Below, piece by piece: positions 20,441 to 32,386 of a stretch of 64,000 nucleotides of DNA. The position numbers were made by a program, and so were the translations under genes. How positions within the stretch are numbered: the first letter of the stretch is position 1; each line of letters opens with the position of its first letter. The stretch is from Spirochaetia bacterium (GTDB lineage: Bacteria; Spirochaetota; Spirochaetia; SP-2023). The stretch covers positions 416,001 through 480,000 of the forward strand of contig CBDDCK010000005.1 of assembly GCA_965225855.1 (NCBI GenBank), read 5' to 3'. A model generated the notes under the pieces. The model had not been told where the DNA came from. It searched no databases and saw only the letters and a list, made by a program, of their open reading frames with translations.

Positions 20441-23400
20441 TCAATAGGCGGAAACAGGCAACAAATCTTGTAAAGCCACAATCTGGATTTTATTTTTATA
20501 GTACCAACTGATAGCTTTAACTAAAGCTTTTGCTCCGTTCAAAGTAGTTGTATAGGGAATATTATGAGCTACAGCAATTTGGCGAATTTTGCGGTATTCA
20601 CTGCTATGCGCTTCATTGTTTGCAGTCTGATTCAAAATTAAAGAAACTTGGCCATCAATAATCATATCCAATACATCAGGCCTCTCTGCACCTACAAAAG
20701 GCACAGAATAAAATTCTATGCTTTCAAACATTTTTTCGATTTCTTGCGTAGCTAGTAGGCCAACACACAACCCTAATTCGTACAACGATTGAGCCAATTC
20801 CTGCCACAATTGCAGATGTTCTCGATCTTGAAGAACAAACAAAATTAAGCCATTTTTTTCTTTTTTCGGCAAATGCTGATCACCGGCCAAATAAGCTTTA
20901 CAAAAAGCTTCAGCAAAAGTCTTACTGAGCCCCATCACCTCTCCTGTCGATTTCATTTCCGGCCCTAAAATAGTCGTAGATTCAGGAAAGCGGCGGAAAG
21001 GCAAAACAACCTCTTTTATCGCATAGTGTGGCACATTGAACTTCGTCAAAACATCAGGCGACAATAATTCGTCTAACGTCTTCCCCACCATAACCTGAGC
21101 TCCAATTTTAGCAACAGGCAAACCAGTCGCTTTAGCAACAAACGGGGTAGTACGGCTAGCCCGTGGATTCACTTCTAACAAAAAAATCTCGCTAACAGAC
21201 TCTTCACAAGTCAAAGCAAACTGTATATTGATTAGACCTTCCACTTTTAATTTCAAAGCCAATTTTTCAACAATCGTTCGTACTTGGGCTAAAGTTTCTT
21301 CCGCAATAGAAAATGGAGGCAGTGAACACGCCGAATCACCCGAATGAATACCCGCTTCTTCAATATGTTCCATAATTCCAGCAATATAAACTTTTCTCCC
21401 ATCGCAAATAGCATCAACATCTAATTCTGTAGCCATTTCTAAATAAGAGTCTATTAATAAAGGGCCTACATTATAATCAATTTGTGCTGTAGCTAAATAA
21501 TCCACCAATTCCTTCTCAGAATGCAAAATACGCATCTTCGTGCCACCCAAAACAAAACTGGGCCTTACCAAAACCGGATAACCTAAAGCACGGGCCACTT
21601 CACAAGCTTTTTCTTTGTTTATAGCTGTACCGTGCGGAGCTTGCTTTATTCCCAAACTTGAAAGCAATTTACTAAATTCTTCACGATCTTCTGTCAAATT
21701 TATAATCTGTGGCGATGGCCCCAATAGCCGAACCCCAGCGGCTTCAAGCCCCTTAGCTAATTTCAACGGTGTCTGACCACCATATTGCACAATAACCCCT
21801 TTTAGTTTCCCACGTTTTTGTTCAGTCGCCACAATATCTAACACATATTCCAGTTCAATTGGCTCAAAATACAATCGATCCGCAATATCATAATCAGTCG
21901 AAACCGTTTCTGGATTACAATTGATGATAATAACTTCATAGCCCAAACGTTGTAGGCCAAAAATCCCTTGCACACAGACATAATCAAATTCAATCCCCTG
22001 ACCAATGCGATTGGGACCACTACCCAAAATAATAACTTTTTCGCGCTCACTGGGGTTGGCCTCACAATACAACAAGACTGGTTTCACTCCTGCTATTTGT
22101 TGAACGTGTTGAAAACGCTGTTCCCAACTGCTATAAAAATATGGCGTACTGCTAGCAAATTCAGCAGCACAAGTATCAATGCATTTATAAATACGCTCTA
22201 AACCTAACTTGCAATACAGCTGACGCAATTCACCAAGGTCAATGCCCCAAAGTTGGGCAATATAATTCTGGCTAAAGCCTTGTTGCGCACAGCGTAATAG
22301 TAAAGCAGTATCGAAAGGCTTTTTCTGTAGTTCCCGTTCCATAACGACAAAGCTAGCCAATTGTTCCAAATACCATCGATCAAAATGCGTTACTCGATGA
22401 ATATGCTCCAAACTAATACCTTCACGAATGGCTTGCACAATATTTAACAAACGCTCTGGCAAAAGTTTAGCTAAAGTATTGAGAATCTCTTCTTCCGGCT
22501 GACCTTTCAAAGAAACTTGCTCACTAAGAGTAATATGGCCTTCTTCCAAAGATTGATAAGCCTTCTGCAAACTTTCGAGGAAATTGCGGCCAATAGCCAT
22601 TACCTCACCCACAGCCTTCATCGAAGAACCTAAATTGCGGGGGCTTTCGGGGAATTTTTCAAAATTAAAACGCGGAATTTTGGTTACAACATAATCGAAA
22701 GTCGGCTCAAAAGAAATTGGGGTTACTCCTGTACAAGAATTGGGAATTTGTTCCAAGGTGTAACCAACTGCCAACAAAGCCGCAACCTTAGCTATGGGGA
22801 AGCCTGTTGCTTTACTAGCCAACGCCGATGAACGAGAAACACGGGGGTTCATTTCAATTACCATCAATTCACCATTTGCTGGGTTCAAAGCAAATTGGAC
22901 ATTTGAACCACCCGTCTCAACCCCTACAGCACGTAAAATGGCAAAAGCGGCATCTCTCATTTGCTGAAATTCTTTATCCGTAAGCGTTAATGCCGGTGCT
23001 ACCGTAATACTATCCCCAGTATGAACACCCATCGGATCAACATTTTCAATGGAACACACAATAATACAATTGTCATTTTTATCACGCACGACTTCCAGCT
23101 CATACTCTTTCCAACCCAACAATGATTGATCAATTTGCACTTGATGAGCAGGTGAGGTAGCTAAACCATTGCGTACAATCTGTTCAAACTCTTCATGATT
23201 ATAAGCCACTCCGCCACCATTACCACCTAAAGTAAAAGAAGGGCGAATAATCGCTGGCAAACCAACAAATTCCAAGGCATTACAAGCTTCATCAAAACTT
23301 TGAACAACTGTATTTTTGGGAGTTCTCAAACCTATTTTACGAATTAAATTATCAAATAATTGCCGATCTTCTGCTTTGCGAATCGCTTCAATCGAGATCC

Positions 23401-23794
23401 CAATGAGCTTACAATTATATCGCTGTAAAATACCCAATTGATCCAATTCTATCGCACAATTGAGCGCAGTCTGGCCACCCAAAGTTGCCAAGACCGCCTC
23501 TATTTTTTCTATTACAATAATTTGCTCGACAATTTCTGGGGTAATCGGCTCTACATAAGTGCGATGCGCCAAATCCGGGTCGGTCATAATTGTTGCCGGA
23601 TTAGAATTAATAAGAACAACACGAAAACCAACTTCCTTTAACGTTCGACAAGCTTGAGAACCAGAGTAGTCAAATTCACAAGCTTGGCCAATAACAATCG
23701 GACCTGCCCCAATTACCAAAATATTTTGGAAATCCACGGGCGCAAGAGGAAGCTCTGCTAAAGAATTAGCGAAATTCAATTGCTCAAAAGCCAT
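20441..23794 (-). CDS. carB: Carbamoyl-phosphate synthase large subunit
   Basis: [47 protein letters not shown] and [11 protein letters not shown] motifs. Confidence 0.97.
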   Translation of the reverse strand: MAFEQLNFANSLAELPLAPVDFQNILVIGAGPIVIGQACEFDYSGSQACRTLKEVGFRVVLINSNPATIMTDPDLAHRTYVEPITPEIVEQIIVIEKIEAVLATLGGQTALNCAIELDQLGILQRYNCKLIGISIEAIRKAEDRQLFDNLIRKIGLRTPKNTVVQSFDEACNALEFVGLPAIIRPSFTLGGNGGGVAYNHEEFEQIVRNGLATSPAHQVQIDQSLLGWKEYELEVVRDKNDNCIIVCSIENVDPMGVHTGDSITVAPALTLTDKEFQQMRDAAFAILRAVGVETGGSNVQFALNPANGELMVIEMNPRVSRSSALASKATGFPIAKVAALLAVGYTLEQIPNSCTGVTPISFEPTFDYVVTKIPRFNFEKFPESPRNLGSSMKAVGEVMAIGRNFLESLQKAYQSLEEGHITLSEQVSLKGQPEEEILNTLAKLLPERLLNIVQAIREGISLEHIHRVTHFDRWYLEQLASFVVMERELQKKPFDTALLLRCAQQGFSQNYIAQLWGIDLGELRQLYCKLGLERIYKCIDTCAAEFASSTPYFYSSWEQRFQHVQQIAGVKPVLLYCEANPSEREKVIILGSGPNRIGQGIEFDYVCVQGIFGLQRLGYEVIIINCNPETVSTDYDIADRLYFEPIELEYVLDIVATEQKRGKLKGVIVQYGGQTPLKLAKGLEAAGVRLLGPSPQIINLTEDREEFSKLLSSLGIKQAPHGTAINKEKACEVARALGYPVLVRPSFVLGGTKMRILHSEKELVDYLATAQIDYNVGPLLIDSYLEMATELDVDAICDGRKVYIAGIMEHIEEAGIHSGDSACSLPPFSIAEETLAQVRTIVEKLALKLKVEGLINIQFALTCEESVSEIFLLEVNPRASRTTPFVAKATGLPVAKIGAQVMVGKTLDELLSPDVLTKFNVPHYAIKEVVLPFRRFPESTTILGPEMKSTGEVMGLSKTFAEAFCKAYLAGDQHLPKKEKNGLILFVLQDREHLQLWQELAQSLYELGLCVGLLATQEIEKMFESIEFYSVPFVGAERPDVLDMIIDGQVSLILNQTANNEAHSSEYRKIRQIAVAHNIPYTTTLNGAKALVKAISWYYKNKIQIVALQDLLPVSAY

Positions 23795-25068
23795 TCACAT
23801 TTTTCCATCAAACGAATAAAATCATCAAACAAATACACACTATCATGAGGCCCCGGCGAAGATTCAGGATGATATTGCACAGAAAATGCCGGATATTTTC
23901 GGCTGCGAATACCTTCAATACAAAAATCGAATAATGAACGATGAGTTATTTCTACATCTTCCGGTAAAGAACTTTCTTCAATACAAAATCCGTGGTTCTG
24001 CGAAGTGATTTCTACTTCATTGCGTAAAATATTCAAAACAGGATGATTAGAGCCCCTATGCCCATGATGCATATGTATCGTTTTGGCTCCCAAACTCAAA
24101 GCCAATATTTGATGTCCCAAACAAATACCAAAAATCGGCAATCGAGCAGCAAATGCTTGCTCTAAAATAACGGCAATTTTATGGTAAACAGGCTCTGGGT
24201 CTCCTGGCCCATTAGACAAAAATAAACCGTCTGGTTGAAGAGCTACTATTTTTTCCCAACTGCTTTCATAAGACAATACTGTAACAGTCGTAACAAAATG
24301 TTTTAACGAACGAAGGATATTTTCTTTAATACCAAAATCTAACACCACAACATGGAGATTTGCAATTCTAGCACACTCTTTGTCTATGTCTGGCGTTTGT
24401 AAAAGATTTTTCTGCTCCAGCGGTAACCATTCTAAAAATAACGAACCGTGATATTTTCCTACTGGATAACGAGATATTTGAGAAACAACATTTTGACCGC
24501 TCATCACCGGGCTATCTTGCAGATGCCGCAACAACATAGTAATAGCCTTGGATTTTAATTCATTATCATCAAATAGGTTTTGCTCCAACGTCCCCAATAA
24601 AGCCCGCTTTGAACCATGCTGACGCAAATAAATAATCAACGCACGCGTATCGATACCACTAATACCACTAATATGGTGTTTTTCTAACCATTGTTGCAAA
24701 GTCTTTCCACTGCGCCAATTAGATGGATTCGTTGGATATTCACGGCTAATCATAGCCAATGCTTTTGGCACAACACATTCATTATCTTCAGCATTACAGC
24801 CTACATTACCAATGTGTGGAAAACTAAAGCAAATCATCTGCCCAGCATATGAAGGGTCGCTGAGAACTTCTTGATAACCTGCCATACTGGTATTAAAACA
24901 CAATTCACCGCAAAGCCGGCTAACATCGGCTGCTAAAAAACCATTTACATCAATACAAATCTGATTGGAAAACCCAAAACTATGGCCTAGAAAAAAATGC
25001 CCATCCTCAAGCAATAATAGGCCCAGTAAATCCGACTCACAAGAATCTGATTTCTGCTTATTTTGCAT
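23776..25068 (-). CDS. carA: Carbamoyl-phosphate synthase small subunit
   Basis: [31 protein letters not shown] and QYHPE motifs; ATG 25068 chosen as start. Confidence 0.95.
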   Translation of the reverse strand: MQNKQKSDSCESDLLGLLLLEDGHFFLGHSFGFSNQICIDVNGFLAADVSRLCGELCFNTSMAGYQEVLSDPSYAGQMICFSFPHIGNVGCNAEDNECVVPKALAMISREYPTNPSNWRSGKTLQQWLEKHHISGISGIDTRALIIYLRQHGSKRALLGTLEQNLFDDNELKSKAITMLLRHLQDSPVMSGQNVVSQISRYPVGKYHGSLFLEWLPLEQKNLLQTPDIDKECARIANLHVVVLDFGIKENILRSLKHFVTTVTVLSYESSWEKIVALQPDGLFLSNGPGDPEPVYHKIAVILEQAFAARLPIFGICLGHQILALSLGAKTIHMHHGHRGSNHPVLNILRNEVEITSQNHGFCIEESSLPEDVEITHRSLFDFCIEGIRSRKYPAFSVQYHPESSPGPHDSVYLFDDFIRLMEKCEWLLSN

Positions 25069-25389
25069 ATAATATATAAGAGTCCTTTTCAAAAGAGCCC
25101 ACTATAAAAAAACAGCACCAGCCCTTAAATTGGCCGCATTATATGAAATAATAACAATTCTTGCAACAAAACAAACTATAGCCTTATATTATATAAAAGC
25201 CAATAAATCAAACCTAAAGAAAAACTAGCTGCTATAATCAAAAGCACAAATGCTATACTGAAAAAACTATGTTGCAAGTTTTGTGAAAAACTTTTGGTAT
25301 TTTTGCCCTTAAAATCTTTACGTTTAGTCATAAATTTTCCAATTTCCCATAATTAAAATATTCAATATTTTTGCAATTCTCAAGTAAAA

Positions 25390-26406
25390 TTAACGGATTT
25401 TTAAATTGTAATCATTGAGGTTATAACTACCATCAACATATTTCTCAGCCACAGAAACCCGCACCGAATTTTTTACTTTATCTTGTAAATTGATTGTCCC
25501 CAGAAAAAAACGGCCTTCTTTCTCTCCCAAAATATAAAGGTCCTGCAAATCTCGATCATTGATACTTAACCGAGAATCAATATTATGAACTTGGTCGAAC
25601 AATTCACTGTATATTTTTTTGTTATCAATACTGATATTCAGCCTCAAAGGCGGGCCTTGTTTTAGCGGGAAACGAAAATTCAAATTATAAATACCACGCA
25701 GGACTTGGTCCGATTTTTTCATTGGCTGATTCTTTACAGTTTTATCCTCTAATTCAGTCAAAGTTACGGATTCAAGATAGAGCTCACTTGACTCCAAACT
25801 TTTATCAATACTAGGCATAATCAATTTAGGATTGATCACGGTTTGAAATTGAGTATCAAAAATTTCCATATATAAACGCGATACTGCTTTTTCCTGTTTA
25901 CCTGCTGCTTTTGTTTTTATTGGTTGTTTTTCATTTACAAACAAAAAATCATCGCTAGTAACTTGATAACTATCCTGTAATCGCAACGCTAAATTATCGC
26001 CCGAGTAACGAAACAAAAGTTTGTTGTGCTGCACGATAATAGTATTGTCAATATTTTGAGGAATGGGTCCCAGCATATTCCTAGCAGAACTAGTTTCAAA
26101 ATAAATAATTTCTCCAACATGATAAGGCTGAACAATTCCTTCTGCACCTTCTCCATTTTCAATATCAAACCAAATGCCTAAGCTAGGCAAAAATTTTTTT
26201 GCTATCGTCTGGTCATTTGAGGGGGGGCGAATTGTCAAAAAACCTTGGGTGATCTGCTTACTCGGTAGAGGCCATTGGTACGCAAATAATGGCCACATTA
26301 CAGATAATCCAGCTAATAATAAAAACAAGTATTTAGCCATTGTCCGACCGAACCATACAGACACTCTTTTTTTACAGTTTTTACTCTTAAAATATGGATT
26401 CATCAC
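25390..26406 (-). CDS. Exported hypothetical protein, possibly a degenerate M23-like N-terminus
   Basis: 338-aa ORF with signal peptide followed by YQWPL; M23 zinc ligands not recognisable; true start probably internal (MAKYLF). Confidence 0.6.
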   Translation of the reverse strand: MMNPYFKSKNCKKRVSVWFGRTMAKYLFLLLAGLSVMWPLFAYQWPLPSKQITQGFLTIRPPSNDQTIAKKFLPSLGIWFDIENGEGAEGIVQPYHVGEIIYFETSSARNMLGPIPQNIDNTIIVQHNKLLFRYSGDNLALRLQDSYQVTSDDFLFVNEKQPIKTKAAGKQEKAVSRLYMEIFDTQFQTVINPKLIMPSIDKSLESSELYLESVTLTELEDKTVKNQPMKKSDQVLRGIYNLNFRFPLKQGPPLRLNISIDNKKIYSELFDQVHNIDSRLSINDRDLQDLYILGEKEGRFFLGTINLQDKVKNSVRVSVAEKYVDGSYNLNDYNLKIR

Positions 26407-27530
26407 AAATATTCTGTCCGATATGATGCAATTAAATTGTCTTGACCAAAATATATAATATCCTTTTTAACTTGCAACGAATAATTTTGGCCACGCAATT
26501 TTAATCGCAGTAATTCTCCTTGAGTGCCATGAACTGCAATTAAGTTACCACCTTCAGGCGAACCAAAAACAAAAAACTGAATGTTTAATTGTTCTCCTTG
26601 TTCGCCAAATTGATTTAAGAAACCGTCTTCACGGTAAAGCCGATGTTCTTTATAACCATAATCATACACAGCAAAACCTTGCGAACTATTATAAAACACG
26701 TAAAGGGAGTAATCGGAAAAACGCAGCCATTGTGAATTACGTAGCTGGTTGGGTAATTCTTTGGCATACTCAAATAAATAGGTCTCTTGCTGTTTCTTTA
26801 AAAACACAAAACGCTGTTGATCCAAACCCGCAATCAACGCTATATTTTGTGAATCTGGCGACAGTGCCCCACCATAAATGCTATTGATTCGGCTGCCAGA
26901 ACTAATATATTCATTATCCATTTTGCCATTTTTGTCGAGCAAAACAACACGTCCATTGACATACGAAACCAGAGTATCACCCATAACATTGTTGTCTAAA
27001 CTACTAATATATGGCAACAAATCGCTGCGCCACTCTTGGCTACCATTTCGGCTATAGCGGTATAGACTGTGGCTTTCATTGCTAAATTGATAAATATTAT
27101 CCTTAATAATAAAAGCATTGCCAACATCGAGGAAGCGGCCTATTTCTCTTCGGGCTATATCCCGAACCACGACATAATTGGGGATACTGCTAAAGTCTAA
27201 ATAAAAATCATTGCCCAAAATTTGGTAACTCAACGGCAAAGGTTGATTCAGTATATCATAGCTAAGCAAATTTAATTCCCAGTCATGGAAACCATAATAT
27301 CCACCCAAACGAAATGGTACAGCTAAACTAGAAATATCTTTTAAACCCAAAGTACCCGCTTGGGCATTCAGCTTACCAAACACATCAGGATAACTAGAGC
27401 CCACTTGATACTTGGATAAAAATAGCACCTTTTTAGGCTGGAAACTAATTTCTAACTCACCACTGCGGGGCAAAACAATTTCTAGCAAAAATACAACGAA
27501 AAGTAATAAAATAAATACATATTGGTTCAT
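26403..27530 (-). CDS. Hypothetical membrane-anchored beta-propeller-like protein
   Basis: 375 aa, N-terminal TM segment, repeats such as GRVVLLDKNG and ALSPDS. Confidence 0.65.
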   Translation of the reverse strand: MNQYVFILLLFVVFLLEIVLPRSGELEISFQPKKVLFLSKYQVGSSYPDVFGKLNAQAGTLGLKDISSLAVPFRLGGYYGFHDWELNLLSYDILNQPLPLSYQILGNDFYLDFSSIPNYVVVRDIARREIGRFLDVGNAFIIKDNIYQFSNESHSLYRYSRNGSQEWRSDLLPYISSLDNNVMGDTLVSYVNGRVVLLDKNGKMDNEYISSGSRINSIYGGALSPDSQNIALIAGLDQQRFVFLKKQQETYLFEYAKELPNQLRNSQWLRFSDYSLYVFYNSSQGFAVYDYGYKEHRLYREDGFLNQFGEQGEQLNIQFFVFGSPEGGNLIAVHGTQGELLRLKLRGQNYSLQVKKDIIYFGQDNLIASYRTEYL

Positions 27531-27598
27531 AGATAACCTACATTAATGGTTTGCCCAGCGAAAGTCTAGCCCAATTGTTGCAACCACTCTTTCATTTA

Positions 27599-28342
27599 TT
27601 AAGGGAACTTAGCAGAAGTATTGAGTAAGCGTTCTTCTGCATCACTTTGGCGTAGATACAACGGCCCGTCTGACGCTTTCATAAAATTCTGTTTCTGATA
27701 TTGCTGGCTAGCTAGCTCCAACATACTCGCAGCTAGAGCAGCTTCATCAATTACAGCACAATGCTCTATGGATTCAATTTGACAACCCTGGGAAGCTAAT
27801 TCTTCCAAAAACATAGAGCTTCCGGGCCCAATAATACAAAGTTTGGCCAAGAAATCTGCATCGTAGTTTTCTTGCAATTCCCGATAAAGCTGCTGGCTAC
27901 TTAAATCTAACGATCTGTTTTTACGCCCTTCTATAAATAAACGTGCATAAAACCGGCGTTTGCGTCCATCAATCAATACGCATAAAGGCCGCTCTCCCAG
28001 ATAATCCTGGCCATAACACAACAAAAAGCTATGCCGCCAAATGACAAAAGTATCAAAACCTATCAAAGGCTTGTTCAACGCAAAACTTAGACCTTTGGCA
28101 AAAGACAACGAAATCCGTTGGCCGGTAAATGAACCAGGACCCAAATCCACAGCTAGGGCTTGTAAATCGCATAGCTCTAAGCCAGCTTTTTCCAAAAGTT
28201 GCTGGCACAAAGCCACCATTTGTTCATTGTGTTGAAAGCCTTGATTATAGGCTTGGGTAAATATTTTGCCATTTTGAACGGCGGCTAACAACAATTCATG
28301 GGCCCCGCTAAGTGCTAAAATTTTCTCTCTAAATTCTGTCAT
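27599..28342 (-). CDS. tsaB: tRNA t6A biosynthesis protein TsaB
   Basis: GPGSFTGxRI, AKGL and PLYLRQSDAE motifs; adjacent to tsaE. Confidence 0.9.
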   Translation of the reverse strand: MTEFREKILALSGAHELLLAAVQNGKIFTQAYNQGFQHNEQMVALCQQLLEKAGLELCDLQALAVDLGPGSFTGQRISLSFAKGLSFALNKPLIGFDTFVIWRHSFLLCYGQDYLGERPLCVLIDGRKRRFYARLFIEGRKNRSLDLSSQQLYRELQENYDADFLAKLCIIGPGSSMFLEELASQGCQIESIEHCAVIDEAALAASMLELASQQYQKQNFMKASDGPLYLRQSDAEERLLNTSAKFP

Positions 28343-28372
28343 TTTGCTACATAAACTACTATATTACAATTA

Positions 28373-29017
28373 TTAAGATAAGGTAATAATACGAATTTTG
28401 CGTAGAGTATCACCATCTTCAAGCATGGGCTCACCCAGCTCACCCATAGCCATAGATAGGATAACTTGGAAACACGGTAATGGCAGCCTTTCAGCTCCTT
28501 GAGTTTCTTGGGCTGCTTTAGTAGAAAACTTGGCAGCCCACTCTAAACGTTCTGGCCACTCTAACAGTGATACCCCCGGGCCATAAGTTCCTCCATTAAA
28601 CAAAATATCTTCACCACCGATTAAGTTAAACTCTTCACTATCGGCTAAACGATATAAATCAAAATGATAGAGCGGCACTGACTTTATTGGAGTGCTAGGG
28701 CTACTCTGACTATTTGGCACTTTTTGGGCTTGGTCTTGATATTCGAGCAATATAGGGAACGTTGGGCTTGGCAATGGCTCTGCGATACCCAGCCCCTGTG
28801 CAAAACCTTGGGCAAACACCGTTTTGCCCAATCCCACCTCTCCTTTGAGGAAAACAAGAACAGGAAAACAAGCTATGCTAAGCAATTTACTTGCCAAGCG
28901 GTAGCCTAGTGCTTTAGTAGCTTCTGGGCTATTACAAGCATGTAAAGCACTAAACAAATCATCGGTACTTGAACCTTCACAAAAGCCTTGCTCAATAGAA
29001 TTTTGCCTATAATCCAT
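28373..29017 (-). CDS. tsaE: tRNA t6A ATPase TsaE
   Basis: GEVGLGKT, SPTF, HFDLYRL and EWPE motifs; start uncertain (ATG 29017 used). Confidence 0.9.
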   Translation of the reverse strand: MDYRQNSIEQGFCEGSSTDDLFSALHACNSPEATKALGYRLASKLLSIACFPVLVFLKGEVGLGKTVFAQGFAQGLGIAEPLPSPTFPILLEYQDQAQKVPNSQSSPSTPIKSVPLYHFDLYRLADSEEFNLIGGEDILFNGGTYGPGVSLLEWPERLEWAAKFSTKAAQETQGAERLPLPCFQVILSMAMGELGEPMLEDGDTLRKIRIITLS

Positions 29018-29446
29018 ATTCCACACCCATTTCCAAGAAAAGTTAATGAAAAACTGACTAAACCACAATAGGAATTGATAAACTCTTTTGTGCAAAAAAT
29101 CGCTTTGCTTTATTTAAGTCATTACTTGAGTTTTCTACAATAAATGGCGCTTAAATTGTTTGCTTCTCTGCGTCAATCCTCTAATCTTGCTCAAACTCAT
29201 AATCCAAACTATACCTAATCAAGGTAATACCATAAACTTAGGTAGAGTAAATATAGCAGACTTTTAGGTGAGATATTTTAGCCCTACTGAATTGGTTCTT
29301 ACAATACAAGGCGCAAACTACATAATAGCCGATTGAAGGAGAATAATTGTAACGGCGCACGCAAAATGAAACGACTATTGCTAGCCATAGTACCCACCCA
29401 AAAGGCCAGCAAGGCTTGGCCAAAGTTTATCTTGTTACAAAAAATT

Positions 29447-29538
29447 CTTGTTAGTTATTAAGAGACTCTCTTGTTGGGCATTAAGAAATTCTGTTGTTGG
29501 GTATTAAGAGACTCTCTTATTGGGCATTAAGAAACTCT
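29447..29538 (-). repeat. 23-bp tandem array x4 downstream of lipoprotein copy 2
   Basis: Minus-strand units AGAGTTTCTTAATGCCCAATAAG, AGAGTCTCTTAATACCCAACAAC, AGAATTTCTTAATGCCCAACAAG and AGAGTCTCTTAATAACTAACAAG. Confidence 0.9.
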
Positions 29539-29689
29539 CTTAATTTTTATGCCAACGTTTTAGCTTGGTTGTTTTGGCCTTGGTATTTTCTCCATACCAA
29601 GGCTATAATTGGCAAAAGCAGCCTTGATAAAAAACTTACCAAGGCTGCAATTGGCCAATGCAAGCGTTGCAACAACCAAACCCTACTTA

Positions 29690-31867
29690 CTAAGAATTAC
29701 TAAGAATATTTTTTAGGTCTGCTGTACTACCAGGTACAAATCCTGCTGCTGCTTCAAGGTTGTATAGACTAAAACGATCCTGCATTATAGCTTCGGCTTT
29801 CTGTTTTACACTACCGCTTAAAATAATCTTTAAGCCTTTTATAGCTGCTACAGTACCTGTGGCTCTGTTTTCACCTAAAGTTGAGTGCCGTGGTAATGTG
29901 TATCTCTTCTTACCATCACTGGATACAATCGTCAATTTGCTAAAGTCCCACTCTGCAATTGTTGTCGGTAAACCGCCACCATAAATAGTTAACTCGCCTG
30001 TATTAGCATTGTATGATGCGTTATTGATAAAACCTGCATAACCTCTAACGGTAATCGGGTTATTGCTTGTGTCTGCTATGTTACCACCTGCAAATCCTGC
30101 TGCTGCTTCCAGGTTGTATGCACCATTATTATCACGAACACCATCGTTAACCAGTATCTTCTCGGCTTCCGCTTTTACACTACCCGTTAAAAAAATCGCT
30201 AAGCCTCTTGCATTTGCTCCAGAACCTGTGGCTGTGTTTTCACCTGCAGTTGAGGAGCGCCGGGGTAATGTGAATCTCTTATTACCATCACCGGATACAA
30301 TCGTCAATTTGCTAAAGTCCCAGCCTGTAACTGCTGCTGGTAACCTGCTACCAAAAATAGATAACTCGCCTGTACTTACATTATAGGTTGCACTGGTAAT
30401 TGTGGGTTCAGGATTACCACTAACGGTAATAGGGTTGCTTGTGTCTGCTGCGCTACCACCTGCAAATCCTGCTGCTGCTTCCAGGTTGTATGCACCATTA
30501 TCATCACTATCACCATTCTTAACCAGTATCTTATTGGCTTCCGCTTTTACACTACCGCTTAAAATAATATTTAAGCCTGTTGCACTTGCTTTAAAACCTG
30601 AGGCTAGGTTTATACCTGCAGTTGAGTGCCGTGGTAATGTGTAGCTCTTACTACCATCACCGGATACAAGCGTCAATTTGCTAAAGTCCCAGCCTGTAAC
30701 TGCTGCTGGTAAATTAGTACCTGTAATCACTAACACGCCTGTATTAACATGGTAGGTTGCACGGGTAATTGTGGGTGGGTTTCCACTAACGGCTAAGGCT
30801 TTGGCTGTATCTAAACCCGCCCAAGTACCAGTGCTAGTAAGCAACCCATCTTTTAGACCATTGGTATTCATACCTGTCTTGCCATTCAGAGCATCTTTAT
30901 CGTCATCGGTAAGGTAAAGCCAAAGCGCTGTGCCATCGCCTTTAATACGGTACTTACCTTTTGCAAGACTGCGACTATCTGGCCCAGTGGCTGGATCATC
31001 TGCAATATAGGAACTTAAGGCTAGGCCATATACCGTGATGGTTTGGATTTGCGCTTGGGTCGCACTACCTAAGTGAGTACCTTGTACGGTTAACAGCGCC
31101 GTGCCAACATTGTAGCTTGCACCGGTAATTGCGGCTTTAGGCGACTCCTCTTCGACTTGTTCGTCTTTAGGTTGCTTAGGCGACTGCTCTTCGGTTTCAG
31201 TCTTAGACTGCTTATCTTCGACTTCTTCAGCTTGTTCGACTTGTTTGTCTTTAGGTTGCTTAGGCGATTGATCATCGACTTCTTCGGTTTGTTCGGCTTC
31301 GGGTAACTTAGGCGACTCTTGTTCAGCTTGTTCGACTTGTTCAGCTTGTTCAGTTTGCTTAGATGGCTGATTGTCATCGGATACTTTAGACTGCTTATTT
31401 TCGGGTACATTACTAACGTCCAAGTCTTTAGGTGTATTTAAACCTGCCCAAGCACCAGAGCTAGTAAGCAAGCCTTTTTTTAGACCATCGCTATCCATAC
31501 CGGGCTTGGCCTCAAGAACAGCTTTATCGTCATCGGTAAGTCTAAGCCAAAGCTCTGTGCCATCGCTTTTAATACGGTACTTACCTTGTTCAAGACCGTT
31601 ACTATTTACCCCAGTGGCTGGGTCATCTGCAGTATAGGAACTTAAGGCTACGCCATCTACTACGATGGTTTGGATTTGCGCTTCTGTAGGACTTAAGTCA
31701 GTACCTTGTACGGTTAACAGAGCCTTGCCAACATCGTAGATGGCGTTATTGATAGTCGGCTTAGACGGCCCAGAAGACGGCGCATCGTCATCGGGTGGTG
31801 CACAGGCCAAGGCCATAAAGGCCAGTAGCAGTGCTACAGGCCATAAAAATAGTTTGAGCTTATACAT
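29690..31867 (-). CDS. Repeat-domain surface lipoprotein, copy 2 (A-long linker-A-B-B-B), 725 aa
   Basis: Same RBS and signal peptide (FMALA-C) as copy 1; two A and three B repeats. Confidence 0.9.
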   Translation of the reverse strand: MYKLKLFLWPVALLLAFMALACAPPDDDAPSSGPSKPTINNAIYDVGKALLTVQGTDLSPTEAQIQTIVVDGVALSSYTADDPATGVNSNGLEQGKYRIKSDGTELWLRLTDDDKAVLEAKPGMDSDGLKKGLLTSSGAWAGLNTPKDLDVSNVPENKQSKVSDDNQPSKQTEQAEQVEQAEQESPKLPEAEQTEEVDDQSPKQPKDKQVEQAEEVEDKQSKTETEEQSPKQPKDEQVEEESPKAAITGASYNVGTALLTVQGTHLGSATQAQIQTITVYGLALSSYIADDPATGPDSRSLAKGKYRIKGDGTALWLYLTDDDKDALNGKTGMNTNGLKDGLLTSTGTWAGLDTAKALAVSGNPPTITRATYHVNTGVLVITGTNLPAAVTGWDFSKLTLVSGDGSKSYTLPRHSTAGINLASGFKASATGLNIILSGSVKAEANKILVKNGDSDDNGAYNLEAAAGFAGGSAADTSNPITVSGNPEPTITSATYNVSTGELSIFGSRLPAAVTGWDFSKLTIVSGDGNKRFTLPRRSSTAGENTATGSGANARGLAIFLTGSVKAEAEKILVNDGVRDNNGAYNLEAAAGFAGGNIADTSNNPITVRGYAGFINNASYNANTGELTIYGGGLPTTIAEWDFSKLTIVSSDGKKRYTLPRHSTLGENRATGTVAAIKGLKIILSGSVKQKAEAIMQDRFSLYNLEAAAGFVPGSTADLKNILSNS

Positions 31868-32268
31868 AAGCAATACCTCCAACAAGGGATAAAGATTGGC
31901 CAACCCATACGGGCTAGTCTGTAAATCCCTATTTTGCTAGGGGGGGTGTTGCGTCAAGGTCTATATAAGCTTTTTGTAAGTTTTTTTGTGTTTTTTGTGT
32001 GTTGTAAGGTGGTTAAAAATCCATGCCAATCCATTTGCATTCCATATTATTGTAATCTATAAACCATCAAAGCAACCAATCCATAGTTATAGACGCAACA
32101 AGTCGATAACTATGGACCGACCTAGTCCATAATTGTTACTTTTCAAAAGTACATAATTAGGGCATGGTTTGGTTTTTGTTGTGAAGGCTTGGGGGGTGGG
32201 GCAGTTATTGGTTTGGGGGCGGCAGAGGGATTCATACCAAACCAAAGAGAAAAACAAAAATGAACAAC
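31868..32268 (-). repeat. Conserved ~400-bp upstream non-coding module shared with copy 3 (proximal part also with copy 1)
   Basis: Highly similar to 48107-48518 in reverse complement. Confidence 0.9.
31931..31957 (-). promoter_or_regulatory. Candidate promoter with C7 tract (copy 2)
   Basis: Minus strand TTGACG-caaca-C7-tag-CAAAAT. Confidence 0.55.
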
Positions 32269-32386
32269 CCAGACCCTATACAAAAGGAAATTATTTTATT
32301 ATTTTATAAAGCTTTTTTGTAAAGCTAGGGCAAATTAAAGCGGAACTTTTTATTGTAAAACTATCAATTTTATATTTTGATAAAAC

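Noticed and set aside
29100..29400. Possible ncRNA between tsaE and cassette 2
   Set aside because: No recognisable tmRNA, RNase P, SRP or 6S signature and no strong stems by eye; an Rfam search would be needed.
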